Assembly: GCA_963788685.1 (NCBI GenBank)
Contig: CAWBHP010000004.1
Span: 147,095 to 211,094, forward strand
From: an uncultured Chloroflexia bacterium
GTDB lineage: Bacteria; Chloroflexota; Limnocylindria; Limnocylindrales; CSP1-4
Length of the DNA stretch: 64,000 nt
Reading direction: 5' to 3'
A program made the position numbers and the translations under genes. Shown here piece after piece: positions 1-7,471 of this stretch. The notes beneath the pieces were generated by a model. That model searched no databases. It worked only from the letters and a program-made list of their open reading frames with translations, and was not told the origin of the DNA. Position 1 is the first letter of the stretch, and each line of letters starts with the position of its first letter.

Positions 1-708
1 TCGACGACGCACTCGACCTCCTCGACCGGGCCGTTCGGACGACCGGGCTCCACGACGTCTCGACCCGCCGAGCCGGAAATCCTGCCCAGGCCGAGGGACC
101 GAAGACGATCGCGTACGAGATCGTCGAGAGCCTCGGGCGCGTCCCGGACTGGGTCGTCGTCCCGGCCGGCGGCGGCGGGACCCTCGCCGCGATCCATCGC
201 GGCTTCGTCGAGCTCCGGGCGATGGGCCGCGCCGACCGATGTGCCACGGCTCGCCTCGTACCAGCCGACGGGCTACGACACGTTTCCGCCGGCCCTCGAA
301 CACGGCTGGACCACGGACGCCGACCTCCGCACGAACGCCTTCGTCGAACGGCCCGCGACGGTCCAGGTGAAGATCGCCCACACCTACGCGCCCGACGGCG
401 CGGCGGCCCTCGCCGCGATCCGCGACTCCGATGGGACCGCGCTGAGCGTCACGGACGCCGAGGCGATCGAGGGAGTAGGGGAGCTCGCCGCCGTCGAGGG
501 CATCTTCGCCGAGCCGTCGTCGGGTGGCGTCGTCGCGGCCGTCCGGAGCCTCACGGCGCGGGGCCTCGTCCGGCCCGATGACGTCGTCGTCGGCATCGTC
601 GGCGGGAACGGGTTCCGCGAATTGGACGTACTCGAGGCGTCCATGGCGAGCGGCGCGGCGTTCCTCCCCGAGCGGGACGCCGTCGCGTTCCTCGCGTCGC
701 TGGCGTAG
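1..708 (+). pseudogene. threonine synthase-like fold-type II PLP enzyme; 5' end outside window; apparent +1 frameshift at ~236-241
   Basis: Frame 3 up to ~240 reads GPKTIAYEIVESLGRVPDWVVVPAGGGGTLAAIHRGFVELRAMG. Frame 1 from 241 continues PRLASYQPTGY...GIFAEPSSGGVVAAV. The two halves form one protein. Stop TAG 706-708. Confidence 0.7.
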
Positions 709-780
709 ACCGGCACACGAGGCGACAACGAAGGCGCTACCCTCGCGATCGTGCCAGATCCACCGACCGGGCGATCGCTC

Positions 781-1396
781 ATGCCGGAAGAGATCGCCGG
801 GCCGCGGGTCGTGGCGATCGGGCGGGGGCTGCCCGGCGGATCGCATCGAACGGATCGCGGAGGGCCTCGTGGCGGGCGGGGTCAGGGCGTTCGAGGTCAC
901 GCTCAACAGCCCGGATGCGTTCGGCGCGATCTCGGCGCTGGCGGAGCGCTGGGGGGAGCGACTGCTCGTCGGCGCAGGCACGGTCCTCGATGTCGACGGG
1001 GCGACGCGGGCCGTCGACGCCGGGGCACGATTCATCGTCAGTCCCCACACCGAATCCGCCCTCATCGATTGGGCGCTAGCTCGCGGACTGCCGGTCTTTC
1101 CCGGTGCATTCAGCCCGACGGAGATCCTCACGGCCTGGCGCGCGGGCGCGACCGCGGTCAAGCTCTTCCCCGCGTCCGTCGCGGGCCCGGCCTTCGTCCG
1201 CGAGTTCCGTGGACCGTTCCGGGACATCCCGCTGATCGCGACCGGTGGCGTGACGATCGAAACCGCGCCGGCCTTCCTTGGCGCCGGGGCAGTCGCTGTG
1301 GGGATCGGCAGTTGGCTGACCGGCGACGGTGAACCCGAGGGCATCGCCGAACGGGCCGTGCGCCTGATCCGGACATTGACCGGCGGCAGCGACTGA
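781..1396 (+). pseudogene. eda: KDPG/KHG aldolase with apparent +1 frameshift at ~820-838
   Basis: ATG 781 (frame 1) gives MPEEIAGPRVVAIGRGLP. Frame 2 continues ADRIERIAEGLVAGGVRAFEVTLNSP...VKLFPA...ATGGV. Frame 2 has no start codon near the domain start. A G5 run lies at 824-828. The stop shares a base with the next start (TGATG 1394-1398). Confidence 0.7.
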
Positions 1397-2379
1397 TGGG
1401 GCAGGCACCAGAGGTCATCGCCATCGGCGAGCCGCTCGTCGCGCTGCTGGCCGTCGGCCCTGCGCCGCTCGCCGACGTCGAGTCGTTCAGCCGCCACGTG
1501 GCCGGCGCCGAAGCGAATGTCGCGGTTGGAATGGCGCGGCTCGACCGGCGGGCGCTGTTCGTCGGGCGGGTCGGCGACGACGGGTTCGGGCGGACGATCC
1601 TTCGGCGGCTGCGGGGCGAAGGCGTGGATGTCTCGGGGGTCGTCGTCGATCCCGAGCGCCGGACCGGGCTGCTCGTCCGCGAGCGGCGGGCGCTCGGTCC
1701 GTCTGAGGTTCTCTACTACCGGCAGGGGAGTGCCGGGTCCGCGCTTGGGCGGTCGGACGTGGAGGCGGTCGCGAGCTCTTTTGCTGGCGCCCGCTGGCTG
1801 CACCTGACCGGGATCACGCCTGCCCTGTCCGACGGGGCGCACGGCGCCGTGCTCCGGGCGATCGAGCTTGCCCGGGCGAACGACGTCCTGATCAGCTTCG
1901 ACATCAATCTTCGCCGCCGGCTGTGGTCAGACGAAGAGGCGGCCGAGCGCCTTCACCCGATCGCGATTCGGGCGGACCTGGTGTTCGGCGACGCCGACGA
2001 GCTCGCGGTGGTGGCCGGAGTCGCACGATCGCCGTCGGCCGACGGTCTCGAGGCGGCCCGCTCACTCCGGGCAGGCGGCAGCGGCTCCGTCGTTATCAAG
2101 AGGGGCGCGGCCGGTGCCACGCTGGTCGGGCAGGGCATGCCCGTCGACGCTGCGGCGGTCGCCGTCGCGAGGGTCGTCGACCCGGTCGGCGCCGGGGACG
2201 CGTTCTGTGCCGGCTACCTGGCCGCCCTGCTCGAAGGCCTCGATGCGGCCACCGCGTTGCGCTGGGGGAATGCGTGCGCCGCGGCGGCGCTCAGCGCGGA
2301 AGGCGACCAGATCGGCCTGCCGAGTCGCGTCGAACTGGAACGGCTCATCGGCGAAACCGGCCCAGACACCATCCGATAG
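1396..2379 (+). CDS. kdgK: PfkB-family sugar kinase, 2-dehydro-3-deoxygluconokinase-like
   Basis: Intact 327-aa ORF with the ribokinase/PfkB C-terminal motif GAGDAFCAGYLAALLEG. Coupled to the eda stop. The symbol is tentative and rests on the eda pairing. Confidence 0.85.
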   Translation: MGQAPEVIAIGEPLVALLAVGPAPLADVESFSRHVAGAEANVAVGMARLDRRALFVGRVGDDGFGRTILRRLRGEGVDVSGVVVDPERRTGLLVRERRALGPSEVLYYRQGSAGSALGRSDVEAVASSFAGARWLHLTGITPALSDGAHGAVLRAIELARANDVLISFDINLRRRLWSDEEAAERLHPIAIRADLVFGDADELAVVAGVARSPSADGLEAARSLRAGGSGSVVIKRGAAGATLVGQGMPVDAAAVAVARVVDPVGAGDAFCAGYLAALLEGLDAATALRWGNACAAAALSAEGDQIGLPSRVELERLIGETGPDTIR

Positions 2380-2393
2380 GCGAGATCGACGAG

Positions 2394-2818
2394 GTGGCTG
2401 ACGGCGTAGCGGTTGCCGTTTACGGGACCCTGAGGCGCGGCCAGCGCAACCACGGTGCTCCTCGACGGAGCCGAATTTCTGGGAACCGGGGTCATCCGCG
2501 GCGCCCTGTTCGACGTCCCCAAGACGCCCTACCGGACGTACGCCTACCCGGCCCTCGTCGAAGTGCCGGCCAGGCGCGTCGCAGTCGAGATCTACCGGCT
2601 CGCCGACGACGAGATGCTCGCTACGCTGGACGCCCTGGAGCGGTTCGATCCGGCCGACGAGGCGGGCTCCCAGTACGTGCGGCGGGTGCTCGAGGTCGCC
2701 GACGGCCCGGTCAGTCGTGCTTAGTGCCTATCTCTACCGCGGCTCGCCGGACGAGCTCGGGGAGTTGATCGCGTCAGGCGACTGGGTCGCTTTCACCGAG
2801 GGCAAAGACAGCCAGTGA
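2394..2818 (+). pseudogene. gamma-glutamylcyclotransferase (AIG2/GGCT-like) with two apparent +1 frameshifts (~2454, ~2712)
   Basis: GTG 2394 frame 3 reads [20 protein letters not shown]. Frame 1 reads [20 protein letters not shown]...[11 protein letters not shown]. Frame 2 reads [33 protein letters not shown], ending at stop TGA 2816-2818. Concatenated, the pieces make a typical GGCT protein. Confidence 0.65.
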
Positions 2819-2830
2819 CTGGGTTTCCTG

Positions 2831-3061
2831 TTACGCGGCGATCGCCTCGAGGTCCAGGACCAGTTCGCGCGTATGCACGCCGGCCGTGATAAGCGACAAG
2901 ACCCGGGCGATCGTGCCTTCCCGGGGCTCGTCGAATGAGTTGCACGCGAGCCAGATCCGTCCGGCCCGCTCCAGCATCGTGGTGTGCCGGCCACAGCGGC
3001 AGAAAGGCTGCGCGTCGTGCGCCCGCTCGATGAGGTCAACGGCTTGGCTGTTGTTGATCAT
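2831..3061 (-). CDS. hypothetical small protein (76 aa, CxCG..H..C pattern)
   Basis: Intact ORF divergent from the TetR gene: MINNSQAVDLIERAHDAQPFCRCGRHTTMLERAGRIWLACNSF... No family recognised. Confidence 0.5.
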   Translation of the reverse strand: MINNSQAVDLIERAHDAQPFCRCGRHTTMLERAGRIWLACNSFDEPREGTIARVLSLITAGVHTRELVLDLEAIAA

Positions 3062-3082
3062 TGGATGAAAGCTCCTTGCATG

Positions 3083-3104
3083 GATACGATCCGTTCCGTA
3101 TCAT
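3083..3104 (+). promoter_or_regulatory. inverted repeat GATACG-N8-CGTATC overlapping a TATCAT -10-like hexamer, 6 nt before GTG 3111 (candidate TetR operator plus leaderless promoter)
   Basis: Arms at 3083-3088 and 3097-3102. TATCAT at 3099-3104. No room for an SD before the start at 3111. Confidence 0.45.
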
Positions 3105-3110
3105 AGCGCA

Positions 3111-3809
3111 GTGATCGAACCCAATCAAGACGCGCCGTATCGGAAGTCGACCCCCGCCGTCGACGAGCCGCGGCTATCTGCCCGGAAAGGCCGGCCGCGG
3201 AGCGACCGCGTCCATCGGGCGATCCTCGATGCCTTCCGCGAGGTGCTGAGCGAAGACGGCTTCGCCGACCTTCGGCTCGAACATGTCGCGACCCGAGCCG
3301 GCGTGGGCAAGGCCACGATCTACCGCCGCTGGGCGTCCAAGGAGGCATTGGCCCAGGAGCTCCTCGCCGAGCTTGCAGCGCCCCACATCGCGGTTGCCGA
3401 GGCCGACGATACGAGGACGGAGCTCCTGGCGGCGGTCCTGAATCCGATGCGCGCCGTGACGGACACCCCGTTCGGCCCGGTCATTCGCGCGCTCCTATCC
3501 CAGATCGCCGTCAACCCGACCCTGGGCGATCCGTTCCGTGCGACCGTCGTCCAGGCGCGCCGCGACGAGATAGCGCGGGTCATCGGCCGGGGGATCGGCC
3601 GCGGCGATCTGCGCCTCGATGCCGACGTCGACATCGCTACGGAGCTCCTCGTCGGCCCCGTCTATTTCCGCCTCATGTTCGGCGGCGAACTCAGTCTCGA
3701 GTTCGCGAACCGCGTGGTCGACACCGTCATGCGCGGTTACGCGACGCGGGAAACCAATTCGAGCCAACCGCCGACTTCGACCAGTCGAAAGGAATCGACA
3801 CGATCATGA
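3111..3809 (+). CDS. TetR/AcrR family transcriptional regulator
   Basis: N-terminal HTH LRLEHVATRAGVGKATIYRRWASKEALAQELL. 232 aa. The stop overlaps the mgsA start (ATGA 3806-3809). Confidence 0.9.
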   Translation: MIEPNQDAPYRKSTPAVDEPRLSARKGRPRSDRVHRAILDAFREVLSEDGFADLRLEHVATRAGVGKATIYRRWASKEALAQELLAELAAPHIAVAEADDTRTELLAAVLNPMRAVTDTPFGPVIRALLSQIAVNPTLGDPFRATVVQARRDEIARVIGRGIGRGDLRLDADVDIATELLVGPVYFRLMFGGELSLEFANRVVDTVMRGYATRETNSSQPPTSTSRKESTRS

Positions 3810-4213
3810 CCACCACCAAGGACAGGCTTGCGATCATCGCCCACGACGGCCGCAAGACCGACCTCATCGCTTGGGCCACGTACAACCGCGCCCGGCTCGG
3901 CGAGTTCGAGCTCGTCGCCACGGCGACTACCGGTTCGCTCCTGCGCGACAAGGTCGGACTCGACGTGGAGTCGGTCCTGTCGGGCCCGATGGGTGGCGAT
4001 GCACAGATCGCGGCCATGGTCGCCGAGGGCAGGATCCGCGCGGTGATCTTCTTCGTCGACCCGTTGAGTGCCCATCCCCACGACCCGGACATCCAGACCG
4101 TCATGCGCGTGTGCAATGTCCACAGCGTCGCCATTGCCACGAACGTCGCCGCTGCCGACCTGTTCCTGGCATCGCCAGTGCTTCACCAGGCGAGGGTCGC
4201 CCTGAGCGCCTGA
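3806..4213 (+). CDS. mgsA: methylglyoxal synthase
   Basis: 135 aa. LAIIAHDGRKTDLIAW...GPMGGDAQIAAMVAEGRIRAVIFFVDPLSAHPHDPDIQ matches MGS hallmarks. Confidence 0.9.
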   Translation: MTTTKDRLAIIAHDGRKTDLIAWATYNRARLGEFELVATATTGSLLRDKVGLDVESVLSGPMGGDAQIAAMVAEGRIRAVIFFVDPLSAHPHDPDIQTVMRVCNVHSVAIATNVAAADLFLASPVLHQARVALSA

Positions 4214-4236
4214 CGCAATCAGATCGCAAACAGCGG

Positions 4237-4270
4237 AAAGGACCGGCCCACGATGGGTCGGTCCTTTTCC
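4237..4270. terminator. bidirectional stem-loop between convergent mgsA and the YeaQ-like gene
   Basis: AAAGGACCGGCCC (4237-4249) pairs with GGGTCGGTCCTTT (4255-4267), with one G-U and a 5-nt loop, followed by TTCC. Confidence 0.6.
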
Positions 4271-4310
4271 GGAGACTCGAGCCGGTACTGCCCGAGGCGG
4301 CTGAGCCCTC

Positions 4311-4577
4311 TCAGCCGCGGGTAAGGCTCCCACGTCGCCCCGTGACGGCTCTCGCCACGAAGACGACCGCGATTGCGCCGATCGTGGCGATCACGATGCT
4401 CTCGATGTTGATGCCGTCCACCGCACCGAGCCTGAGACTCATTGCGACGAACCCGCCGACGAGCGCGCCGATCACGCCGAGGATGATCATCTTCAGGAGG
4501 CCCTCACGGGAGCCCATGACCAGGTTGGCCAGGAAGCCGGCGATCGCGCCGACCACGATCCATGCGACTAAGCCCAT
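4311..4577 (-). CDS. GlsB/YeaQ/YmgE family stress-response membrane protein
   Basis: 88 aa. MGLVAWIVVGAIAGFLANLVMG...ILGVIGALVGGFV is typical of the transglycosylase-associated family. Confidence 0.85.
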   Translation of the reverse strand: MGLVAWIVVGAIAGFLANLVMGSREGLLKMIILGVIGALVGGFVAMSLRLGAVDGINIESIVIATIGAIAVVFVARAVTGRRGSLTRG

Positions 4578-4626
4578 TGAACTCGTTCCTTTCCGATAGC
4601 GGCTGCCGGAGCGGTCGGGCCCGAGG

Positions 4627-5037
4627 TCAGGCGGCGACAGGATCCCGTCGGAAGATCCCGACGGCCCAGATCACGATCAACTCGAGGACTGTCCAGCCGA
4701 CGAACGCCACGACGGCGGTGATGTCGAGGACCGACCCAGCGGCATGGAGGGCGTCCGTCCGGAGGATTCCGTCGAACGGTGCTACGAACAGCTGGCTGAA
4801 GTTCAGGATGCCGGAGACGAGGCCGTTGGCCTCCCTGGCATCAAGCAGAAGCAGGACGAAGCGCGCAGCGATCAGCACCTGGATCAACCCGAACAGGAGC
4901 ACGACGACGCGCCTGATCGTCTCCGCGCCACCCGGTCCCGCGCGACTGGTGCGACGAGTATCTGTTCGCACCGTTGCCTGGCCGGTCGCCGTGGGTTCTT
5001 CGGTGACGACCGTCCGGTCCGTTCGATCAATGGTCAT
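4627..5037 (-). CDS. YggT-like membrane protein
   Basis: 136 aa. After a polar N-terminus: RRVVVLLFGLIQVLIAARFVLLLLD...FSQLFVAPFDGILR plus a C-terminal TM segment. AAGGAG SD lies before ATG 5037. Confidence 0.7.
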   Translation of the reverse strand: MTIDRTDRTVVTEEPTATGQATVRTDTRRTSRAGPGGAETIRRVVVLLFGLIQVLIAARFVLLLLDAREANGLVSGILNFSQLFVAPFDGILRTDALHAAGSVLDITAVVAFVGWTVLELIVIWAVGIFRRDPVAA

Positions 5038-5039
5038 GG

Positions 5040-5071
5040 CTTCTCCTTTGCGTTAGGCATCCGGAGAAGCG
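5040..5071 (-). promoter_or_regulatory. 5'-UTR hairpin sequestering the Shine-Dalgarno of the YggT-like gene
   Basis: On the minus-strand RNA, GCUUCUCC (5071-5064) pairs with GGAGAAGC (5047-5040). The second arm contains the SD 3 nt before the ATG. A paralogous hairpin lies at 6939-6973. Confidence 0.45.
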
Positions 5072-5116
5072 GGGTACCAAGACCACCGCCGGGCTGTGCA
5101 CCGGCCACTGCTGTAC

Positions 5117-5174
5117 TTGCATTGAACCATCGAAGGGTGGTATTGTCAACTGTAGTTTTATTTGTCAACTGTAG
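5117..5174 (+). promoter_or_regulatory. XRE-1 promoter-like pair plus two direct repeats (candidate operator)
   Basis: TTGCAT (5117-5122), 18-nt spacer, TATTGT (5141-5146). GTCAACTGTAG occurs at 5145-5155 and 5164-5174 (19-nt period). The same architecture is found at 7020-7077. Confidence 0.5.
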
Positions 5175-5183
5175 GAAAGCCCG

Positions 5184-5579
5184 ATGCTGGCATCGTCATT
5201 CGGAGCAACGCTCAAACTGGCGCGCGAGGTGCGCGAGCTGTCGACCGGTGACGCCGCGCGGGCGGCCGGCATCTCGGCGGCCTACCTGAGCCGGCTCGAG
5301 AGCGACGCGGTCAAGCGGCCATCGCCGCCCGTCCTGCACCAATTGAGCGAGGCCCTCGGGATCCCCTACGCCGAGCTGATGCGCCTGAGCGGCTATCGCG
5401 TGCCGGGCGATGAAGGGATTGACGCCACCGATACGGTCGATGCCGCGCTCTTCAGCGGCCTCACGGCGGACGAGCGCGAGGAGCTCCTCGAGTACCTCGC
5501 CTGGTATCGGGCTCGCCGGCGTTCGGGCCGTCATCTCGTCCCGAGCGGCGCTACTGCGTCGAGTGGTGTGTCGCCTTGA
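5184..5579 (+). CDS. XRE-family HTH transcriptional regulator (paralogue 1)
   Basis: 131 aa. HTH LSTGDAARAAGISAAYLSRLESDAVKRPSPPVLHQLSEALGIPY. C-terminal LTADEREELLEYLAWYRARRRS is shared with the 7088-7453 paralogue. Confidence 0.85.
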   Translation: MLASSFGATLKLAREVRELSTGDAARAAGISAAYLSRLESDAVKRPSPPVLHQLSEALGIPYAELMRLSGYRVPGDEGIDATDTVDAALFSGLTADEREELLEYLAWYRARRRSGRHLVPSGATASSGVSP

Positions 5580-6636
5580 TCTCGAGCATCGCAGCGTCGG
5601 CCCGCTCCGTCAGCTGATCGGCGGTGTCGCCGACCGCGAGAGCGGCCAGCCCGACGCTGATCCCGACACGGGCGTCCGCCTCGATCGCCTCGCCGATGAG
5701 GTTGAACCGCCGCTTCGCTTCCTCGAGGTCGGTCCCACCAAGCCCGCAGACGAACTCGTCACCACCGTAGCGGATGATCGGGTCGAAGGAACGTAGCCTC
5801 GAACGGATTTCGCGCACCACGGTCTGCAGAACGCGATCGCCTGCCGCGTGGCCTTCGCGATCATTGACGATCTTGAGCCGGTCGACGTCGACGAACGCTA
5901 GCACGAACCGACCATCCGAACGTCGCGCCCTGTCGATCTCGTGGGAGAGTGCCATCCGGCCCATGTCGCGGCGGTAGGCGCCTGTCAGCTCGTCGAGGTG
6001 GGCTGATCGCAGTTCCGCCTCGAGCCGGTCCCGTTCGCGCGCCGCGTTGGCCCGATCCGCGGCGGCTCGTGCGCGATCCGCGGCTGCCCGCGCCCGGTCG
6101 GCACCGGCCTGCGCGCGGAGCTCTTCCAGCTGCGCCTCCAGCAATGCCTGGGGCCCGCTCGACGCCGGGGCCAACTCGGTGGCCCGCGCATCGCGCGCCC
6201 GACTGGCCTCATCGCGCGACTCCGCGGTTTGATCTCGGTCACCGGCCGTCACGTCGCGGTCGTGGGCCGCCCTGGCGCGGTCTTGTCTGTTTCCGAGTCG
6301 CACGGAGGACGCCTTCTCGCGTTCGTCACGCGAAGACTCGTAGGCCTTCTGCCCGCCGCCGGTCAGGTGGCGATCGGCGTCGTGATCGCGGTCCGCGTTC
6401 GCCTGGTCGCGGTCCGACGCGTGCTGGTCGTGGTCCGCGCTCGACTGGTCGTTCGCCGAGGCGGTCTGGTCGGCGTCGGAGGACGTCTGGTCGGCATCGG
6501 CCGCCGACTGATCGGCGTCTGCGGACGTTTGGGCGGCATTGAGGGCCCGTTGAGCGTCGATAGCGGCCTTCCAATCGTCCGCCGTCGGGGCGCCAACCTG
6601 CTCGGGTCCGTCACCGTTTCGGTCCTTGCCATTCAT
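5551..6636 (-). CDS. diguanylate cyclase (GGDEF) with long N-terminal heptad-repeat/coiled-coil region
   Basis: 361 aa. C-terminal domain has RSFD-PIIRY-GGDEF (I-site plus A-site). The N-terminal ~230 aa are D/R/A/Q-rich 7-residue repeats. The 3' end overlaps the convergent XRE gene by 29 nt. Confidence 0.9.
   Translation of the reverse strand: MNGKDRNGDGPEQVGAPTADDWKAAIDAQRALNAAQTSADADQSAADADQTSSDADQTASANDQSSADHDQHASDRDQANADRDHDADRHLTGGGQKAYESSRDEREKASSVRLGNRQDRARAAHDRDVTAGDRDQTAESRDEASRARDARATELAPASSGPQALLEAQLEELRAQAGADRARAAADRARAAADRANAARERDRLEAELRSAHLDELTGAYRRDMGRMALSHEIDRARRSDGRFVLAFVDVDRLKIVNDREGHAAGDRVLQTVVREIRSRLRSFDPIIRYGGDEFVCGLGGTDLEEAKRRFNLIGEAIEADARVGISVGLAALAVGDTADQLTERADAAMLEIKATHHSTQ
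6382..6549. repeat. about 8 tandem 21-bp units (coding heptads xDxDQxx) inside the GGDEF gene
   Basis: Units start with CTGGTCG or CTGATCG at 6403, 6424, 6445, 6466, 6487 and 6508, with variants at 6382 and 6529. They translate as SADADQS/AADADQT/SSDADQT/ASANDQS/SADHDQH/ASDRDQA... Confidence 0.8.
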
Positions 6637-6725
6637 CCGTGTCGCCTCGGGCCGCGCGGCGCACGCTCAAACTGCGCGCGGGTCACGCGTGCACCGAAGC
6701 GAACCTACTGCCCGGAGCCCTCCCG

Positions 6726-6746
6726 CCACATCGATGAAAACCCTGC
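6726..6746 (-). promoter_or_regulatory. 21-nt box GCAGGGTTTTCATCGATGTGG (minus-strand reading), 90 nt upstream of the GGDEF start
   Basis: An identical 21-mer lies at 11242-11262. It contains the 8-bp palindrome CATCGATG and is followed 18 nt later by TAGGTT. Confidence 0.5.
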
Positions 6747-6768
6747 AGCGGCGGTGACGAGGGGAACC

Positions 6769-6936
6769 TCATGGCGCGGCAGCCACACCGACCACCGCCG
6801 GAAGGAGCCCAAGGATTGCGAGCGCGGCCAGGGCGACCATTAGCAGGCTACCGACCACGGCGACGACGGGGCGGGATGCCTGTCTCGCGGCGACTGGCCG
6901 GGGGTAACGGGTCCGGATGTTCGGCTTCATGGCCAT
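6769..6936 (-). CDS. hypothetical 55-aa single-pass membrane peptide
   Basis: MAMKPNIRTRYPRPVAARQASRPVVAVVGSLLMVALAALAILGLLPAVVGVAAAP. AGGAGA SD lies before ATG 6936. Its 5' region is paralogous to that of the 4627-5037 gene. Confidence 0.45.
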   Translation of the reverse strand: MAMKPNIRTRYPRPVAARQASRPVVAVVGSLLMVALAALAILGLLPAVVGVAAAP

Positions 6937-6938
6937 GG

Positions 6939-6973
6939 CCTCTCCTTTGTGCCTTTCAGGCATCCGGGAGAAG
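6939..6973 (-). promoter_or_regulatory. paralogous SD-sequestering 5'-UTR hairpin
   Basis: CUUCUCC (6973-6967) pairs with GGAGAGG (6945-6939) with one G-U. An inner hairpin UGCCU-GAA-AGGCA is present. Confidence 0.4.
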
Positions 6974-7019
6974 CGGGGCCACCAAGACCACGTCGGGCGA
7001 AGCTCCGGCCACTGCCATC

Positions 7020-7077
7020 TTGCATTCAACCATTGGCCGATGGTAGTGTCAACTGTAGTTGGGAGAGCCAACTGTAG
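7020..7077 (+). promoter_or_regulatory. XRE-2 promoter-like pair plus two direct repeats
   Basis: TTGCAT (7020-7025), 18-nt spacer, TAGTGT (7044-7049). GTCAACTGTAG at 7048-7058 and GCCAACTGTAG at 7067-7077 (19-nt period). Confidence 0.5.
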
Positions 7078-7087
7078 GAGAGGCACC

Positions 7088-7453
7088 GTGGGAGCGTCAT
7101 TCGGAGCGGTTCTGAAGCAGGCGCGCGAGGTGCGCGAACTGTCGGCGATCGATGCGGCCCGCGCGGCCGGCATCTCGCCGGCCTATCTGAGCAAGCTCGA
7201 GAACGATGCGGTCAAGAAGCCCTCGCCGCACGTCCTCCATCAGCTGAGCGAGGCCCTCGCCATTCCCTACGCCGAGCTCATGCGCCTGACTGGCTACCGC
7301 GTTCCCGGCAGCGACGAGCCGGCTTCCGCGGCAACGGTCGGGGCCGCGCTGTTCGCCGATTTGACTGACGACGAGCGCGAGGAGCTCCTGGAATACCTGG
7401 CCTGGTATCGGGCGAGACGACGTTCGAGCCGTGGGGCAAATGGCCCGAGCTGA
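7088..7453 (+). CDS. XRE-family HTH transcriptional regulator (paralogue 2)
   Basis: GTG 7088 follows GTAGGAGAGG. VGASFGAVLKQAREVRELSAIDAARAAGISPAYLSKLENDAVKKPSP...LTDDEREELLEYLAWYRARRRS. Confidence 0.8.
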   Translation: MGASFGAVLKQAREVRELSAIDAARAAGISPAYLSKLENDAVKKPSPHVLHQLSEALAIPYAELMRLTGYRVPGSDEPASAATVGAALFADLTDDEREELLEYLAWYRARRRSSRGANGPS

Positions 7454-7471
7454 CCTCTGACGAACGCGTCT

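Noticed and set aside
6382-6549. The 21-bp tandem repeats as a non-coding VNTR or CRISPR-like array
   Set aside because: The period is a multiple of three, the array is contiguous without spacers, and it translates into heptads continuous with the GGDEF protein.
4627-7453. The XRE plus small neighbouring ORF pairs as toxin-antitoxin or prophage immunity modules
   Set aside because: The partners are transcribed divergently. They are membrane proteins with no toxin-like domain. No phage, integrase or other mobile genes are nearby.
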